Source of the DNA: Eubacteriales bacterium
Lineage (GTDB): Bacteria; Bacillota; Clostridia; Oscillospirales; QAKW01
Length of the DNA: 37,789 nt
Assembly (NCBI GenBank): GCA_045545255.1
Contig: JAZQAQ010000225.1
Span: 1-37,789, forward strand
Direction of reading: 5' to 3'
In this document: positions 35,534-37,789 of the stretch, piece by piece
Position numbering within the stretch: position 1 is the stretch's first letter
Layout: each line of letters starts with the position of its first letter
Position numbers and translations under genes: made by a program
The notes under the pieces: model-generated
Seen by the model: only the letters and a program-made list of their open reading frames with translations
Told to the model about the DNA's origin: nothing
Database searches by the model: none

Positions 35534-37789
35534 TTAAATCTTCAATTGCTCGGCAATCTCGTTTACATTGATCGTCAGCAGTTTGGAGATACCCTGCTCG
35601 GGCATCGTAACGCCGTAAAGAACGTCCGCTTCTTCCATGGTACCGCGACGATGGGTAATACAAACAAACTGGGTGGTAGCACAATAATGCCGCAAGTAAC
35701 TGGCAAAGCGGGTAACGTTAACATCATCCAACGCCGCCTCGATCTCGTCCACAACGCAAAACGGAGTAGGACGAATCTTCAAGATTGCAAAGTACAGGCA
35801 AATCGCCGTAAATGCACGCTCGCCACCGGAGAGAGAGACGAGATTTTTGATGATCTTTCCGGGCGGTGCTGCCTTTACGTCGATATCGCAATTAAGTACA
35901 TCCTCGGGATCGCTCAGCACCAGCTTGGCTGTACCGCCGCCAAACAGTTCCGAAAAGATCTTTTGGAACTCATTATTCAGCTGGCTGAATTTCTCGCTGA
36001 AGATATCCTTCATCTGACTGAGCAGTTCACGAATAATCTTCTCCAGCTCTGCTTTAGACTTGATCAGATCTTGAACCTGACCATTCATAAAGTCATAGCG
36101 TTCCTTAACCGTATTATATTCCTCAATGGATTCCACATTAACACTGCCCAAAGCCTTAATGCTGCCCTTCAACGAATGAACGCGTTTTTTGGCTTCGGCA
36201 CGATCCTCAAGCGGTTTTGCAACTGCTTTTGCATCCGTTACCGTCAGTTCATACATATCCAAAAGCTGTGCAATAATCCGATCCGATTGCTCGGAAATTC
36301 CGGCCAACTTGTTATCCAGACGGGAGACCTCTTCGATCAGTTTTTCTTTGGCACTGCTCTTTTCCTTTTGCTCAGCGCGATATTGGGTCTGGCGACGCTC
36401 CTGCTCCTGCCGTTGCTCGGTCAAGGCTCTGGTGCGCTCCTCCCCTTCCGCTTGTTGCTTTTTCAGTTCCTGCGCCTGCGTATCCATTTCTCGGGCGGCA
36501 GCAGATGCCTCTTCGATGCGATGCGTGGATGCTTCGATCTGCTCCTGCTTCTCTTCTGCTTCTTTCCCGATCAGACCAAGCTGCGTTTCCAGTTGACCGA
36601 TCAGCGACCGAATACCTTCAATCTCTTTAAAGAGACTCATCTTATCCATATCAAAGGAAGCGGACCGACTCTTGAGATCTTCCATTCGCACCTGATCATC
36701 GGTACTGAGCCCCTGCAAGGACGTCAACTGCTCTTGCAGCTCGGCGGCAACAGTCTCAAGCTCACCGATCTGACCTTCCAAAGCAGCAACTCGCTCCTCT
36801 GCACTTTGAATTGCACCGCGCACAGTCTCCGACTCTCGATCGTAACCGTTGATCAATTCATTATAAGATGCCAGAACGAGTTCTTTACTCTCATAAACGC
36901 CTTCGATGCGGGTCAATTCCTCATCAATCAGGTGAATTGCTTCCTCCGATGCACTCAACCGTGCATCCAGCGTATTCTTCTCCCTGACAGCGGAGTCCAA
37001 TTTCTTTTCCAAGTCTTCGTGAACCTTGATCTTTTCAGCAAGTTCTTTCTCGATTCGCTCCAGCTCGATTCCGCGCGAAAGCAAGCCGCCGCTTTTGGCC
37101 GCGCTACCGCCGGTCATAGAACCGCCTGCATTGATCACCTGACCATCCAAAGTCACGATCTTATAACGATTTTGAATACTCTTTGCCAACGCCATTGCGT
37201 GATCAATGGTCTCGCAAACCAAAGTACGACCCAGCAAAAATTCAATCGCTTTACGGTTAGCAGGATCAGTCTCCACCAATTCATCTGCAATTCCGATAAA
37301 GCCGACACTGCGGGAATAGTCCTCTTTAATGGGCTTGGGCGTGATACTGTTCAACGGAAGGAAGGTGGCACGACCGCCCTTCTGCCGCTTCAGCCAAAGC
37401 ATTGCATTCTTTGCGGAAACATTATCCTTGGTAACGATATTCTGGATGGCTGCGCCCAAGGCTGTCTCGATCGCGATGAGGTATTCCTCATCAACTTTGA
37501 TAAGCTGGGAGACAGGTCCGATAATTCCTTGCAAAATTCCGCGGCGACTCTGCTCTAATACCAGCTTGACCGCACCGCCAAAGCCCTCAAGATGTTTTTC
37601 CATCTCAGAGAGAATCCGACTGCGCTGTTCCAATGCGTTTCGCTCGGTGGCACATTTCTGCTCTGCCTCCAGTGCCTCATTATAGACACGATTTTTACTC
37701 TCCAGCATCTTGAGAAGACCCGCGGATGCTTTTTGCTCGCTCTCTTTTTCTTCCGTCTTTTCACGCTGACGAAGCTTGAGCTCCTCCAG
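35534..37789 (-). CDS. smc: Chromosome segregation protein SMC (5' part lies beyond the window edge)
   Basis: Hinge (GRATFLPL, GGSMTGGS), coiled coil, LSGGE signature, Walker B VVDEIEAALD, ITHR. The frame stays open to position 37789. Confidence 0.97.
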   Translation of the reverse strand: MEELKLRQREKTEEKESEQKASAGLLKMLESKNRVYNEALEAEQKCATERNALEQRSRILSEMEKHLEGFGGAVKLVLEQSRRGILQGIIGPVSQLIKVDEEYLIAIETALGAAIQNIVTKDNVSAKNAMLWLKRQKGGRATFLPLNSITPKPIKEDYSRSVGFIGIADELVETDPANRKAIEFLLGRTLVCETIDHAMALAKSIQNRYKIVTLDGQVINAGGSMTGGSAAKSGGLLSRGIELERIEKELAEKIKVHEDLEKKLDSAVREKNTLDARLSASEEAIHLIDEELTRIEGVYESKELVLASYNELINGYDRESETVRGAIQSAEERVAALEGQIGELETVAAELQEQLTSLQGLSTDDQVRMEDLKSRSASFDMDKMSLFKEIEGIRSLIGQLETQLGLIGKEAEEKQEQIEASTHRIEEASAAAREMDTQAQELKKQQAEGEERTRALTEQRQEQERRQTQYRAEQKEKSSAKEKLIEEVSRLDNKLAGISEQSDRIIAQLLDMYELTVTDAKAVAKPLEDRAEAKKRVHSLKGSIKALGSVNVESIEEYNTVKERYDFMNGQVQDLIKSKAELEKIIRELLSQMKDIFSEKFSQLNNEFQKIFSELFGGGTAKLVLSDPEDVLNCDIDVKAAPPGKIIKNLVSLSGGERAFTAICLYFAILKIRPTPFCVVDEIEAALDDVNVTRFASYLRHYCATTQFVCITHRRGTMEEADVLYGVTMPEQGISKLLTINVNEIAEQLKI

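Noticed and set aside
35477-37558. 693-aa plus-strand ORF antisense to smc
   Set aside because: Leu/Phe-rich mirror of the Glu/Lys-rich coiled coil; not a credible gene.

Overview
A mostly core-genome window from a spore-forming Firmicute, Clostridia-like by gene content (inference). Almost all genes are on the minus strand. Read in transcription direction: partial smc, ftsY, rph, rdgB, yhbY, nadD-yqeK fusion, rsfS, leuS; tRNA-Gly(TCC) and tRNA-Arg(TCT); a structured non-coding hairpin array; three hydrolases (metallo-beta-lactamase fold on the plus strand, SxxK serine hydrolase, CE15-like esterase); a yybP-ykoY (Mn) riboswitch ahead of a P-type II ATPase; a gerKA-gerKC-gerKB-type germination operon with much-shortened C and B subunits; thuA-like; lon, engB, site-2 protease, scpA, scpB, ytfJ/gerW, dacB-like, rluB; two lipoproteins; a 943-aa GHL10/DigH-like hydrolase plus Amidase_3 fusion; a YmfF/YmfH M16 pair, lgt, folD; two degenerate YhfC/PrsW-like membrane proteins; an antisense membrane-anchored gene; and an M15 carboxypeptidase. 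I found no transposase, integrase, phage gene or CRISPR array. The best leads are the symmetric hairpin/linker element downstream of the tRNAs, the glycosidase-amidase fusion, the miniaturised germinant receptor, and the pseudo-protease-like membrane pair. All family calls come from motif recognition by eye; no database search was run.
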